From Candidatus Bathyarchaeota archaeon (GTDB taxonomy: Archaea > Thermoproteota > Bathyarchaeia > Bathyarchaeales > Bathycorpusculaceae), in assembly GCA_963767735.1 (NCBI GenBank), contig CAVYES010000008.1, forward strand, positions 96,001 to 160,000: a stretch of DNA of 64,000 bases. The letters run 5' to 3'. A program made the translations under genes and the position numbers. Below are positions 39,458 to 49,853 of this stretch, one piece after another. The notes under the pieces are model-generated. The model was not told the DNA's origin. It worked only from the letters and a program-made list of their open reading frames with translations, and searched no databases. The number at the start of each line of letters is the position of its first letter. Positions within the stretch are counted from its first letter, which is position 1.

Positions 39458-39542
39458 TGCGGAGGGTGGGATTTGAACCCACGAACCCCTGCGGGATAGG
39501 AGCCTCAGTCCTACGCCTTTGACCATGCTGGGCGACCTCCGC
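39458..39542 (-). tRNA. tRNA-Leu(GAG), CCA not encoded
   Basis: GCGGAGG/CCTCCGC acceptor stem, TAGGA-CTGAGGC-TCCTA anticodon arm, long variable arm, GTGGG-TTCAAAT-CCCAC T-arm, discriminator A. Confidence 0.96.
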
Positions 39543-39826
39543 AAACATATTTTTTGCTGATTGAGGTTGGTGCGAAATATAGAATTAGTCATGACATTTA
39601 AAGACTTTACTTTGCAGGTTGACTGTTAAGTGTTAAATGTGTTTATTACTGAAAAGGTTCCATGGGCAAGCTGATATTTGTAATTTTCCTGATTACATGC
39701 GAACGCTTAACTTGGCACAGTCTTGTTAAGAACCTCAATAAGCACAAACGTTAACATTTAAGTTCGATGTTTGCAAGACGCTTCTCTTATATTCTCCGTT
39801 TTCCCATATTTGGGGAAGGGAAGAAA

Positions 39827-40885
39827 ATGACCGCAAAAGTTGACCAGTCCCGCCCGAAAGATTGCAAGGAATGTGCAGAGAAAAATCTGGAAGTTGACTG
39901 CTGGAACCCGGATAGAATGCTTGATGCATTAATGCACAATCACGATAAGGTTGAGCAGGATTGGATGGATAAAGGCTTACCGAAACTAGTAGACGAAATG
40001 ATGGCTAATTACCAAATCTTCGGTGGCATGGATCACCTTGAAGGGCGAGACTTGCCGTCAAAAAAAATAGTTACTGAAGTGTTAGAAGATTTATTCAGAA
40101 TTCTTTTCCCGGGCTATTTGGGTAAGGAAGAGATTACCAAGGCCAACGTAAAATATCATCTTGGCACGACTTTAACCTCGGTTAACACACGGCTCACCGA
40201 AGAAGTCAAGAAAAGTCTAAAGTATATTTGCCGGAAAATAAGCGGGTGCCCACAAGATGTGTGCCAAAGGAGAGCCGACGTCGTTGTTAAAGAGCTTCTC
40301 GAAAAGCTGCCTGAAATTAGGTCAATGTTAAGCGGAGACATCCAAGCCGCTTATGCAGGAGATCCAGCAGCGATAAGTATAGAAGAAGTCATTCTAAGCT
40401 ACCCATGTGTATTGGCGATAACGACTAACAGGATAGCCCACGAACTTTACCTTCAAGGCGTCCCATTGATTCCGAGGATAATGAGCGAGCATGTGCATTC
40501 CTTAACCGGCATAGATATTCATCCGGGCGCAAAAATAGGCAAAAACTTCTTTATCGACCACGGCACCGGAGTAGTCATCGGGGAAACCACAGAAATAGGC
40601 GACAACGTCAAGCTTTACCAAGGGGTAACCTTAGGCGCGCTGAGTTTTCCAAAAGATGAGAAAGGAAATATTATCAAAGGAAGAAAGAGACATCCAACGG
40701 TTGGAAGTAATGTGGTTATCTATTCAGGCGCAACTCTTCTTGGACCAGATGCAATAATCGGTGATAACGTGGTCATAGGCGGAAATGTCTGGATAACCTC
40801 ACCAGTTGCTTCAGGAACAACAATTACCATTGCTGCACCAGAACAAAACTATAAAAAAGAAAAACACTCGGAAAAATCAAACTAG
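39827..40885 (+). CDS. cysE: Serine O-acetyltransferase (long form)
   Basis: [41 protein letters not shown]; start trimmed to MTAKV. Confidence 0.92.
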   Translation: MTAKVDQSRPKDCKECAEKNLEVDCWNPDRMLDALMHNHDKVEQDWMDKGLPKLVDEMMANYQIFGGMDHLEGRDLPSKKIVTEVLEDLFRILFPGYLGKEEITKANVKYHLGTTLTSVNTRLTEEVKKSLKYICRKISGCPQDVCQRRADVVVKELLEKLPEIRSMLSGDIQAAYAGDPAAISIEEVILSYPCVLAITTNRIAHELYLQGVPLIPRIMSEHVHSLTGIDIHPGAKIGKNFFIDHGTGVVIGETTEIGDNVKLYQGVTLGALSFPKDEKGNIIKGRKRHPTVGSNVVIYSGATLLGPDAIIGDNVVIGGNVWITSPVASGTTITIAAPEQNYKKEKHSEKSN

Positions 40886-41331
40886 AGAAGGCGGAAGTTT
40901 TCTTTCACCGTAGTCAAAACTACATGCGTGTTTGTTCGCTCAATAAATGGCAAAGATAACAATCGCTTAGTGAACTGCCCAAGGTCTTCTCGACTTTTAA
41001 ACTTGGCGACAATGATGGCATCCGTCAAGCCTGTCACGTCGTAGACGCAGCATACATTGGATATTTTAGCTATTTCATTTTCAGTTTCTACAAGCCTGCC
41101 CTTTGAAACCGTGATTTCAGTTACAACTGTTAATTGGTAACCAAGTTTTTCATGATCCAGCAGAACAGAGTAGCCTTTGATGAGACCTTCATCTTCCATC
41201 TTTTTAATTCTGGACAAAACTGTTCCAACAGATACGCCGACGTTTTTGGCTATTTGCCTGCTTGAAAACCTTGCATCCTCCAAAAGACTTTTGAGGATTT
41301 TTAAATCAGTTTCATTTAAATCCGTAGCCAT
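40882..41331 (-). CDS. Lrp/AsnC-family transcriptional regulator
   Basis: D.KIL..L..DAR.S..IA..GVS..TV..RI..ME..G.I.GY plus a RAM domain. Confidence 0.94.
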   Translation of the reverse strand: MATDLNETDLKILKSLLEDARFSSRQIAKNVGVSVGTVLSRIKKMEDEGLIKGYSVLLDHEKLGYQLTVVTEITVSKGRLVETENEIAKISNVCCVYDVTGLTDAIIVAKFKSREDLGQFTKRLLSLPFIERTNTHVVLTTVKENFRLL

Positions 41332-41551
41332 ACCCTCACCCTGCACGTTCTTTCAATTAAACCCGCTTTTTTGAAACATTATTTTAATTATCACATGATT
41401 ATATTAATAAAAGTTTAGTTTCCTCATTTGAACAATCGATATTAAAGTTGAAGAAAAATCGTTTAAAGGTTCAAAAACCTCGGCTTTGACGTGAAACTGA
41501 CAGCAATCTTAAATTACCAGCAGCTTAAACTCAATAATTTGAGCCACTGCA

Positions 41552-43103
41552 ATGCAAGCAAAATACGACACGATACTTGTACTGGATTTTGGGGGGCAAT
41601 ACTGCCATCTCATAGGCAGAAGAATCAGAGAAAACGGCGTTTACTCAGAAATTGTTCCCCACGACATCTCACCCGAAGAGATTAAGGCTCTAAACGAAAA
41701 ATTAAATGTTAAAGGCTTAATTCTTTCAGGCGGACCCTCAAGCGTCTACGAACCAAACGCGCCCAAGCTTAACCCCCGCATTTTAGAGGTAAATTTGCCG
41801 ATTCTGGGTTTATGCTATGGACATCAGCTGTTAGCACAGTTAACCAATGGCAAAGTTGAGCCGGCAGTCTGCAAAGAATATGGAACCGCACAAGTATCCA
41901 TTGACAAGCCAGTAGGCGTGCTGGAAGGCTTAAACGAGAAAGAAAAAGTTTGGATGAGCCACGGCGACACAGTTTTTGCGCTGACCCAAGAGTTTGAAGC
42001 GTTAGCTCACACGGAAAATTGCCCTGTTGCAGCGTTTAGGCATAAGCAAAAACCAATTTACGGTCTGCAATGGCATCCTGAAGTTATTCACACCGAAAAC
42101 GGCATGCGCATGCTCCGCAACTTTATATTTCAAGTATGCAAGTGCCAAGCTAACTGGCAAATGGAAGACCTGATAGGAAAAATGGTTTCAGAATTAAAAA
42201 CAGAAACTGGCGGAAGCAGAGCCATAATAGGCTTAAGCGGAGGCATAGATTCAAGCGTAGCCACCGCACTTGCAGCTAAAGCGCTTGGCGATAAGTTAAC
42301 AGCGGTTTTTGTTGACCATGGATTCATGCGGGAAGGCGAACCCGAAGCAATCCGAGAAGCGTTCCAAAAGTTCCCAATAAACTTCATAGTAGCTAATGCC
42401 CAAGAGCGTTTTATGCAGAAACTAATAGGCGTAGCAGATCCAGAGACGAAGCGGAAAATAATCGGGGAAGAGTTCATTCGAGTTTTCGAGGAAATCGCTA
42501 ATGAATCAGGCGCCGAATACCTAATCCAAGGAACCATCTATCCTGACAGGATTGAATCAGGGTTCAGAAAAAACTCTAACAAAATAAAAAGCCACCACAA
42601 CGTTGCAGGGCTCCCGGAAAAAATAAAGTTCAAGAAAATTCTGGAACCTCTGCGAGATTTATACAAAGACGAGGTGCGCAAAGTAGCCAGAATGCTTGAT
42701 TTACCCAAAGAAATAGTTACAAGGCAACCGTTCCCTGGACCTGGCTTAGCAGTTAGGATAATTGGCGAATTAACTCCTGAAAAAGTTGCAATAGCCAAAA
42801 AAGCAGATAAAATTGTCCGCGAAGAGATAGAGAGAAACAGCTTAGCTGAGAATCTCTGGCAGTACTTTGCCGTATTAACAGACACTAAGGCAACAGGCGT
42901 AAAAGGTGATGCTCAGAGCATACGGCTACGTAGTTGCAGTTAGAGCTGCAGAGAGCCGAGAAGCCATGACTGCAAGCTTCGCCAAAATTCCTTATCCCGT
43001 TTTTGAGAAAATCTCAACAAGAATCACAAATGAGATACCCCAAGTTACCCGCGTAGTTTACGATATCACCCATAAACCGCCTGCAACAATAGAGTGGGAA
43101 TAA
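41552..43103 (+). CDS. guaA: GMP synthase (fused GATase + ATPPase), 1-nt insertion near 42914
   Basis: LDFGGQY, GLCYGHQ, QWHPE, SGGIDS, KSHHNV, PFPGPGL; C-terminal [14 protein letters not shown] lies in the shifted frame. Confidence 0.96.
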
Positions 43104-43168
43104 AACATTTCCATAAGTGTTTAAATAAAAACAAGCCAATACATTACTTCTCAATAAAGGTGACACTC

Positions 43169-44259
43169 CTGAAGGCGTTGATTTTAGCAGGTGGCTTCGC
43201 AACAAGGCTACGACCACTAAGTTGCTCTAGGCCTAAAACTCTTTTTCCAATAGTTAACAAACCATTACTTGAATGGATTTTTGAAAGATTAGCCAACAAC
43301 GGCGTTGAAGAAGCCATACTGGCAGTTAACGCGTTAACACAATTTTATATTAAACAGCAGCGACCGCATAGACATGGTTTGAAAATAAAGTTTTCAATTG
43401 ACCCGCCGAAAATGCCTTTGGGAACCGCAGGACCAGTAAAAAAAGCCGAAAAACTCTTAGGCCATGATGAGCCGTTTATTGTTTTGAACGGTGACATTTT
43501 TGCGGATTTAAGCTACAGAGAACTGCTGGATACACACATTAAAACGAAGGCTTTAGCAACAATTGCACTTTGCAAAGTAGAAGACCCATGCAGGTACGGC
43601 GTGGCGGAAATAGCAAATGGCAACTGCATAAAAAGGTTCATTGAAAAGCCCCCCAAAGATAAAGCTCCGAGCAACCTCATAAACGCAGGAGTCTACGTTC
43701 TAAGCCCCAAAGTCTTCGAGTATATTCCCCGAGGAAGAGCAGTTTCCATGGAGCGAGAGGTTTTCCCCAAACTAGCGGAAGAAGGAAAACTTTACGGTCA
43801 TTTGGTTAATGGCTTATGGATGGATATAGGCAAACCAGAAGAGTACTTGGAAACAAACAAAATAATACTTGATTCACTTATCTAAAAATTTCAAACAGAG
43901 AAAGCGCAAAAAACTTTGAGTTAAAGAATCCTGTTGCCTTCGACAAGGGCGTCTCAATAGCAGAAAAGTCAGTTATCGGTCCATACGCCATTTTGGGAAA
44001 AAATGTTACAGTCGGCAAAAACGCGCAAATAAGCAATTCGGTAATTTTTCCTAATGTTGAAATCGGCGAATTTGTGTCGATAGATGGAGCATTAATCGGC
44101 GAAGGAGCACGAATCGGAAAAAATGTTAAAATCACCAGCGGTTGCATAATCGGCGACCACGCAAAAGTCAAAGATAACCTACACCTATCAGATGTGCATA
44201 CTGTCTGTCCAGCAAAAGAAGTCTCTGAAAACATTTTAAAACCCAAGACTAACTGTTAA
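43169..44259 (+). CDS. NDP-sugar pyrophosphorylase (mannose-1-phosphate guanylyltransferase-like), frameshifted near 43885
   Basis: KALILAGG.ATRLRPL...PK, LGTAG, NGD, F.EKP, WMDIG.P; hexapeptide repeats in the second frame; probable CTG start after a GGTGA SD. Confidence 0.88.
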
Positions 44260-44281
44260 GTAAGCAATGAGATGAAAATTT

Positions 44282-45651
44282 ATGAGCGAAAGAAAACTTT
44301 TTGGAACAAACGGTATCAGAGGCCTAGTCAACGTTGAATTGACGCCTGAAATGGCCATAAAAGTTGGCTGCGCAATCGGAACTTTTTTTGGAAGAAAAAA
44401 TTTACTTTTAGGATATGATGCTAGAACCAGCGGACCCATGCTTGCTAAAGCAGTGATTTCTGGTTTAACCGCTACTGGATGCAACGTGTTTTTCGCTGGG
44501 ATGGCTCCAACGCCTGCGCTGCAATACGCTGTTAAAAACCATAAGATGGATGGCGGCGTAATAATTACTGCTTCACATAATCCGCCTGAATATAACGGTA
44601 TTAAAGTAATTTGGAGCGACGGCATAGAAACGTCACATGAGCAAGAAGTCGAAATAGAGAACATTTACTTTGACAACAAAATAGTATTCGCAGAATGGGA
44701 CAAACTGGGAACGTTGCAGGAGCTGCCTGGAATTAACGATGAATACGTCCAAGCCATAAAAAATCACGTTGACCCTCAAAAAATAGCGCAAAAGCACTTT
44801 CACGTTGTGGTAGACGCGGCTAACAGCGTGGGTGGCCTCACAGCACCGCCAATTGTTAAGGGAACTTGGCTGCAAAGTAACCACTATCAACGCTAACATT
44901 GACGGCACTTTCCCAGGACGATTACCAGAACCGAGACCTGAGAGACCTCACCGATTTATCTTCAACTGTTAAAGCAATTGGCGCAGACTTAGGCGTAGCT
45001 TTTGACGGCGATGCTGACCGATCCATTTTCGTTGACGAGAATGGCGTGATTTACTGGGGAGACAAAACCTTTGCAGTAATAATAAAACAGTTCCTAATCA
45101 AAAACCCAGGCGCAAAAATAGTTACGCCTGTAAGCTCCTCTACATTAATCAAAGATACAGTAGAAGCTTACAAGGGAGAGTTAATCTGGACTAAAGTTGG
45201 AAGCGTCACGGTTTCCCAGAAAATGAAAGAGTTAAACGCTAAACTGGGTGGAGAAGAAAACGGCGGAGTTTTCTATGGTCCACACCAAGCAGTCCGAGAT
45301 GGTGCAATGACAACTGCTCTGATACTTAACATAATGGCTGAAACTGGAGAGAAACTTTCTAAACTTGTGGCTGAGCAACCGCAATACTTTATCGAGAAAG
45401 GAAAAATCGATTGCCCAGACGAGAAAAAAGAAATATTGCTGCAAAAACTGTACGAGCAAGTAAAAGGCGAAAACATCAGCACAATTGATGGCGTGAAAAT
45501 TTGGTTCAGCGACAACAGCGCCATCCTGATTAGACCAAGCGGAACAGAACCCGTGTTCAGGTTATATGCTGAGGCGAAAAACCAAGAAAAAGCATTAAAG
45601 CTAGTTGAAGACTACAGTTCACGGCTTAAAAAAATCCTCGAAACCATATAG
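44282..45651 (+). CDS. glmM: Phosphoglucosamine mutase/phosphomannomutase, two indels (~44850, ~44942)
   Basis: LFGTNGIRG, TASHNP, DGTFPGRLPEP (third frame), FDGDADR, GGEENGG, RPSGTEP. Confidence 0.9.
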
Positions 45652-45683
45652 CAAACCTATGGCGCTTTGGAGAAACCCAGCTA

Positions 45684-47018
45684 ATGCCCAATGTTCTAAA
45701 CCTAAAACCAGACGAAATTGATACAAAAGAAAAACGCTCAAAATATCTGGTTAGCGTTGTAGGATGCGGGCAAAAAGGAATCCTTTACGCTAACGCCTTC
45801 GCTGACGCCGGCTTTAAAGTTGCATGCTCAGACTCTGACCCAAGCGTGATAAAAAAATTAGCAAAAGGAAAAACACCCTTCGCCGAACAAGAAATTGAAG
45901 CTAAACTAAAAGGCTTGATCAACGCAGGTCAATTAAGCGTTACCAGCGAGCTGAAAAAAGCTGTTTCTCGAAGCGATATAATCATTATAACTGTACCGGC
46001 AAAAGTTGATGATAAGAAAAAAATTGATAACTCAGAAGCATTAAACGCTTGCAAGCAAGTTGGATCAGCACTCCATTCTGGCACGCTGGTTATTTATGGT
46101 GATGTTGCGGGTTTGGGTTTTACTGAAGGAATAATGAAGGAAACATTGGAGAACACATCAGGGCTAAAGGTTGGGCAGGATTTCGGTTTAGCCTACATTC
46201 CGATCCATAACTCAGGTGCCAAGCCCATTGAGCCGATAGCCAACTTGGAGTTAAAGGTTGCTGCAATTGGTAAACCCAGCCAAGATGCGGCTATAAACGT
46301 TCTAAAAACTATAACAAAAAACGTTAAACAAATAAGCGACGTGAAAACAGCAGAAATAGCGACGCTTTTTGAGGCGGCAAAACAGGAGGCAAACACGGCG
46401 TTAGCAAGTGAGTTGGCGGTTTTCTGTGAAAGCGCAAACATAGACTACTTTGAAGTTTTAAAATTGTTGGAGTTTAATGACCCGAGTTTTTGGCCTACAA
46501 CTGTTGAGGAAGAAAACAAAAACGAAGCATATCTTCTGCTTGAAAGCGCAGAAAACTTGAATGTTAAACTTAGGCTCCCAACGTTGGCTAGGCAAATAAA
46601 CGAAGACATGGTTAAACACGCGGTTAATTTAACCCAAGATGCTCTGCGAAGATGCGGCAAAACGTTGAGAAGAGCAAGGATTGCCGTTTTAGGCACAGTT
46701 AACCCAAGTACTGCTACGGTCGTTTTTGTTAAAATGTTAGAGTTGAAAGGCGCTAAAGCCAGCCTTTATGACCCCGCATCAAAAAGAGATGCAATAGATT
46801 TGGGAGTAGTAAAGACCAGCTTAAATGAGGCAGTGGAAGGCGCAGACTGCATAGTAATACTCACTGGAGAGGAGCAGTTTAAACACTTAAACCTACGGAA
46901 ACTTAAACCATTAACGAAGACGCCCTCAGTAATCGTAGATTTGGCAGGTGCCTTTGAGCCTCAAAAAGTGGAAACAGAAGGCTTCATATACCGTGGACTT
47001 GGAAGAGGAAACGAATAA
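45684..47018 (+). CDS. Nucleotide-sugar dehydrogenase homologue (WecC/WbpA-like) with degenerate catalytic motifs
   Basis: GCGQKG Rossmann motif, LE..SGLK.G.DF.LAY.P, ARQINE.M, YDP; lacks the catalytic Lys and GGxC Cys. Confidence 0.8.
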   Translation: MPNVLNLKPDEIDTKEKRSKYLVSVVGCGQKGILYANAFADAGFKVACSDSDPSVIKKLAKGKTPFAEQEIEAKLKGLINAGQLSVTSELKKAVSRSDIIIITVPAKVDDKKKIDNSEALNACKQVGSALHSGTLVIYGDVAGLGFTEGIMKETLENTSGLKVGQDFGLAYIPIHNSGAKPIEPIANLELKVAAIGKPSQDAAINVLKTITKNVKQISDVKTAEIATLFEAAKQEANTALASELAVFCESANIDYFEVLKLLEFNDPSFWPTTVEEENKNEAYLLLESAENLNVKLRLPTLARQINEDMVKHAVNLTQDALRRCGKTLRRARIAVLGTVNPSTATVVFVKMLELKGAKASLYDPASKRDAIDLGVVKTSLNEAVEGADCIVILTGEEQFKHLNLRKLKPLTKTPSVIVDLAGAFEPQKVETEGFIYRGLGRGNE

Positions 47019-47020
47019 AA

Positions 47021-47972
47021 ATGAAGAAACTTGGAGTAGCAGTAATCGGCACAGGCTCTTGGGGAAAAAACCATGCAAGAGTCTACAAAGAATTGCCCTC
47101 AACTGAGCTAATTGCAATTTGCGATGTGAATCCTGAAAGAGCCAAAGCCATGGCTAACCAATACGGCGTAAAAGCGTACACTAACAGCTCGCGAATGCTG
47201 AAAAACAAAGAAATAGAAGCCGTAAGCGTTTGCACATGGTCAACACACCTTGCAAAAGAAGCGCTCAAAGCACTCAGAGCAGGAAAGCATGTTCTGGTTG
47301 AGAAGCCTATGGCCACCAACACAAAGCAAGCGGAGAAGCTTTGTGAAACTGCAGAGCAAAACGGTCTTGTCTTAACCGTTGGTTTTTTGATGAGGTTTAT
47401 TCCTGGATTACAGAGCATCCGTGAGGCGGTTGAGAGCAAAAAAATCGGCGAGTTAGTCTGCGCAACCGCAAAACGCGTTTCCCAATGGCCTGAAAGAATA
47501 GGCGATGTTGGAGTAGTTAAAGACACAGCGATACATGACATAGATGTTATGCGGTTCATATCCAAACAAGACCCTATTACTGTTTACGCGAAAATGGGAA
47601 GCATGAAACACCGAAAATTCGAAGACTACGCGCAAATAATGCTAACATACAAGAGTGGAGAAAGCGCGTTCATAGAATCCAACTGGCTAACACCCTACAA
47701 AACAAGAACGTTAACGGTCACGGGAAGCGACGCCATAATGAGACTGGATTACATAACGCAAGACTTATGGATTGAACAGCAAAAAGAGACGGTGCAACCA
47801 AGATACCCATTCCAAGAACCACTTAAAATGTGAACTTCAACACTTTGCAGAATGCGTGCTTGAAAAGAAAAAGCCGCTAATAACGGGAGAGGACGGCGTA
47901 AAAGCCCTGGAAATCGCTCAAGCCGCAATGCAATCCTCAGCGAAAAACAGAGCGATACAACTTAAAAAATAA
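47021..47972 (+). CDS. Gfo/Idh/MocA-family oxidoreductase (sugar 3-dehydrogenase-like), indel near 47830
   Basis: VIGTGSWGKNHAR, HVLVEKP, D.AIHDID; C-terminal EL.HF..CV....P.ITGEDG..AL lies in the shifted frame. Confidence 0.88.
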
Positions 47973-47977
47973 AAAGC

Positions 47978-48247
47978 TTATTTTAAATTGAAGGGTTTTC
48001 CTTCAGAAACTATTTTTTCAGGGATTTTTTCCTTCCATTTCTTCATGAAAGGCAGATCTTCAGATTCTTTCCGTAATTCGTCAGGCAACATTTCTGGAAT
48101 TTCATCGCGTATGGGATACCAGCGTAAACATTTAGGGCAGACGATTAAGCCTTCAACTATCTCGTCTTTTTCTTCGAAAACGTGAAGTTCAAGTGGATGA
48201 TACTTGTCTATGGGGCAGGCCAAGATTTCCATTAATTTTCGCTTCAT
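47978..48247 (-). CDS. Trm112-family methyltransferase activator
   Basis: LMEILACP..K..PL.L, EG...CPKC.RWYPI..EIP.ML. Confidence 0.9.
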   Translation of the reverse strand: MKRKLMEILACPIDKYHPLELHVFEEKDEIVEGLIVCPKCLRWYPIRDEIPEMLPDELRKESEDLPFMKKWKEKIPEKIVSEGKPFNLK

Positions 48248-48283
48248 TTTTCTTCACGGAATAGATAGTTAACGGTTAAGCTA

Positions 48284-49151
48284 TTAAAACTTGCTTGGCA
48301 ACGAAGTTACCTGTATATCGAGAGCGGTTTGGTACCAGTTAGGGCCCGTGCTTCGAACTACTCGTGAAAAAGCAAAAATGTAACCTACGCCGAGGCTGTC
48401 AAGTTTTTGGGCTACCTTCAACTTGGTTTTTTCAACTGGTTTTTCGTTGCCCATTGCATGTTGGAAATCATAGTAGTGGATCCAACCGCCATGTTTTTTG
48501 AGCGCTGAAACTGCATAGGGCAAGTATTCAAGGGCTTTTTCAGGCAAAGGCATCAAGACACGATCAGCCGTCCCTTGCAGTTGAGCGTTAATTATGTCTT
48601 TTGAGTCGCCAAGCAAAGGAATTACTTTACCGTAAACCCTGTTGATTCTAACGTTTTCCTCCATGTATTGAACTGCAGTGGGGTTAACGTCAATCGAGAA
48701 CACTTTAGTTTGGCTCACGGCTTTAGCGATTATTATGCTAAAGCAGCCTACGCCTGAAAACATGTTAACAACCGTCTCGCCGCCCTCAACGAGACTGGCA
48801 ATCCGCGATCGCTCATACAAAAGCCTAGGTGAAAAATAACATTTTTCAAGATCAACTGCAAACACGCAACCTGATTCTTTACATTTGGTGCTTGTTTTGT
48901 CTTCACCTGCCAACAACCTTAACTCTCTAACCCTAAAATCTCCCCTGATGGGACTAGTTTGGGCAAAAACTGTTTTCACGTTCCTGTGGAGGGCCATTAT
49001 TTGGTTTGCTACTTTTTCAGCATCAACGATATTGCCGTTTGGCATTTTAATGATTGCTATGTCGCCTATTATGTCAAAAGAGCTGGTAAATTAGGTTTAA
49101 CTCTGCTGAAGAGAAGACGGCAGAAAGTTTTTTGCGAAGCCTTTTTCTCAA
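48284..49151 (-). CDS. Trm5/Met10+-family tRNA methyltransferase (short form lacking the D1 domain), indel near 49085
   Basis: TTG start LRKRL...IY/SSFDIIGDIAII (needs one base removed), G.FRVR, YFSPRL..ER, NMFSGVG, DVNP, DRVLMPLPE. Confidence 0.85.
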
Positions 49152-49230
49152 CTTTATATCCTCATTAATAGCAAGGTATTGGAAACGTTTAAAAGCAAAA
49201 TACTTTTCTTTGTAGGAAGAGGCGTTTCTA

Positions 49231-49392
49231 ATGGAAAAATCAGGAATTGTTTATGAATGCATGAGATGCGGGGCAAGAGTGCCATCCGAAGAATTAGAAC
49301 TGCGCGGCGGAGAAACCAAATGCATCATCTGTGGCTATAGAATTCTGAAAAAAGTTAAACCTCCAGTAGTTAAACGCGTTCAATCAAAATAA
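49231..49392 (+). CDS. rpoP: DNA-directed RNA polymerase subunit P (Rpo12); below the ORF-track length cutoff
   Basis: MEKSGIVYECMRCGARV...KCIICGYRILKKVKPPVVKRVQSK* (53 aa), the Rpo12 zinc-ribbon pattern. Confidence 0.93.
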   Translation: MEKSGIVYECMRCGARVPSEELELRGGETKCIICGYRILKKVKPPVVKRVQSK

Positions 49393-49448
49393 GAAGGGAA
49401 TACTCGTATTTTTAGACGAGTAATTCAGTTTTTAGTTTTTAATTTATC

Positions 49449-49739
49449 CTAATAGATTTCTTTGTCTCCGAGTTTGCGCAAAGCTTTTCCTTTAAGTCTT
49501 ATTGATTCAGCCAAGAAATCGTCATCAAGGTCTTTTTCAACAGTTTGGCGTTTGACGGTTTCGCCGCATACTCCTTCGGGCAACAACCGCCTTTTTAAGC
49601 ACATAGAATAGGTGCAGTTTGCGACATTGCACATTTCTTCGGTCTGTTTGCACCAAATGGAGTCTCGTCTATAGAAGACAGAGTTTTGACTGCACTTAAA
49701 AGAAGGGCATGTTGGAGAACAAGCTTTTGATTGAGCCAA
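49449..49739 (-). CDS. Cys-rich hypothetical protein
   Basis: CSPTC..FKC, C....C...C...C...C; probable TTG start after a GAGGTG SD. Confidence 0.7.
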   Translation of the reverse strand: MAQSKACSPTCPSFKCSQNSVFYRRDSIWCKQTEEMCNVANCTYSMCLKRRLLPEGVCGETVKRQTVEKDLDDDFLAESIRLKGKALRKLGDKEIY

Positions 49740-49853
49740 TAGATACACCTCAATTGTCAAATCAAAATATTTTTGTGATGTTTTGTTTTTTTAGTTTCTT
49801 AATGTTATTTGGATGCCATATAAACTTTTTTCTTATCAAGGATAAAATGATAG

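Larger units (their letters stand above)
36241..39471. mobile_element. Tandem array of three small (~0.9, 1.14, 1.18 kb) integrated segments at the tRNA-Leu 3' end; no integrase gene
   Basis: GTGCGGAGGG core at 36243, 37142, 38279 and 39457; each interval carries different accessory cargo. Confidence 0.7.

Noticed and set aside
36241-39471. tRNA-derived repeats as a CRISPR array or split tRNA genes
   Set aside because: Spacing is 0.9-1.2 kb with whole genes in between, no cas genes are present, and the fragments are short with no matching 5' halves.
41552-43103. Fused GMP synthase as a novelty
   Set aside because: Single-chain GuaA is known in bacteria, eukaryotes and several archaeal groups.
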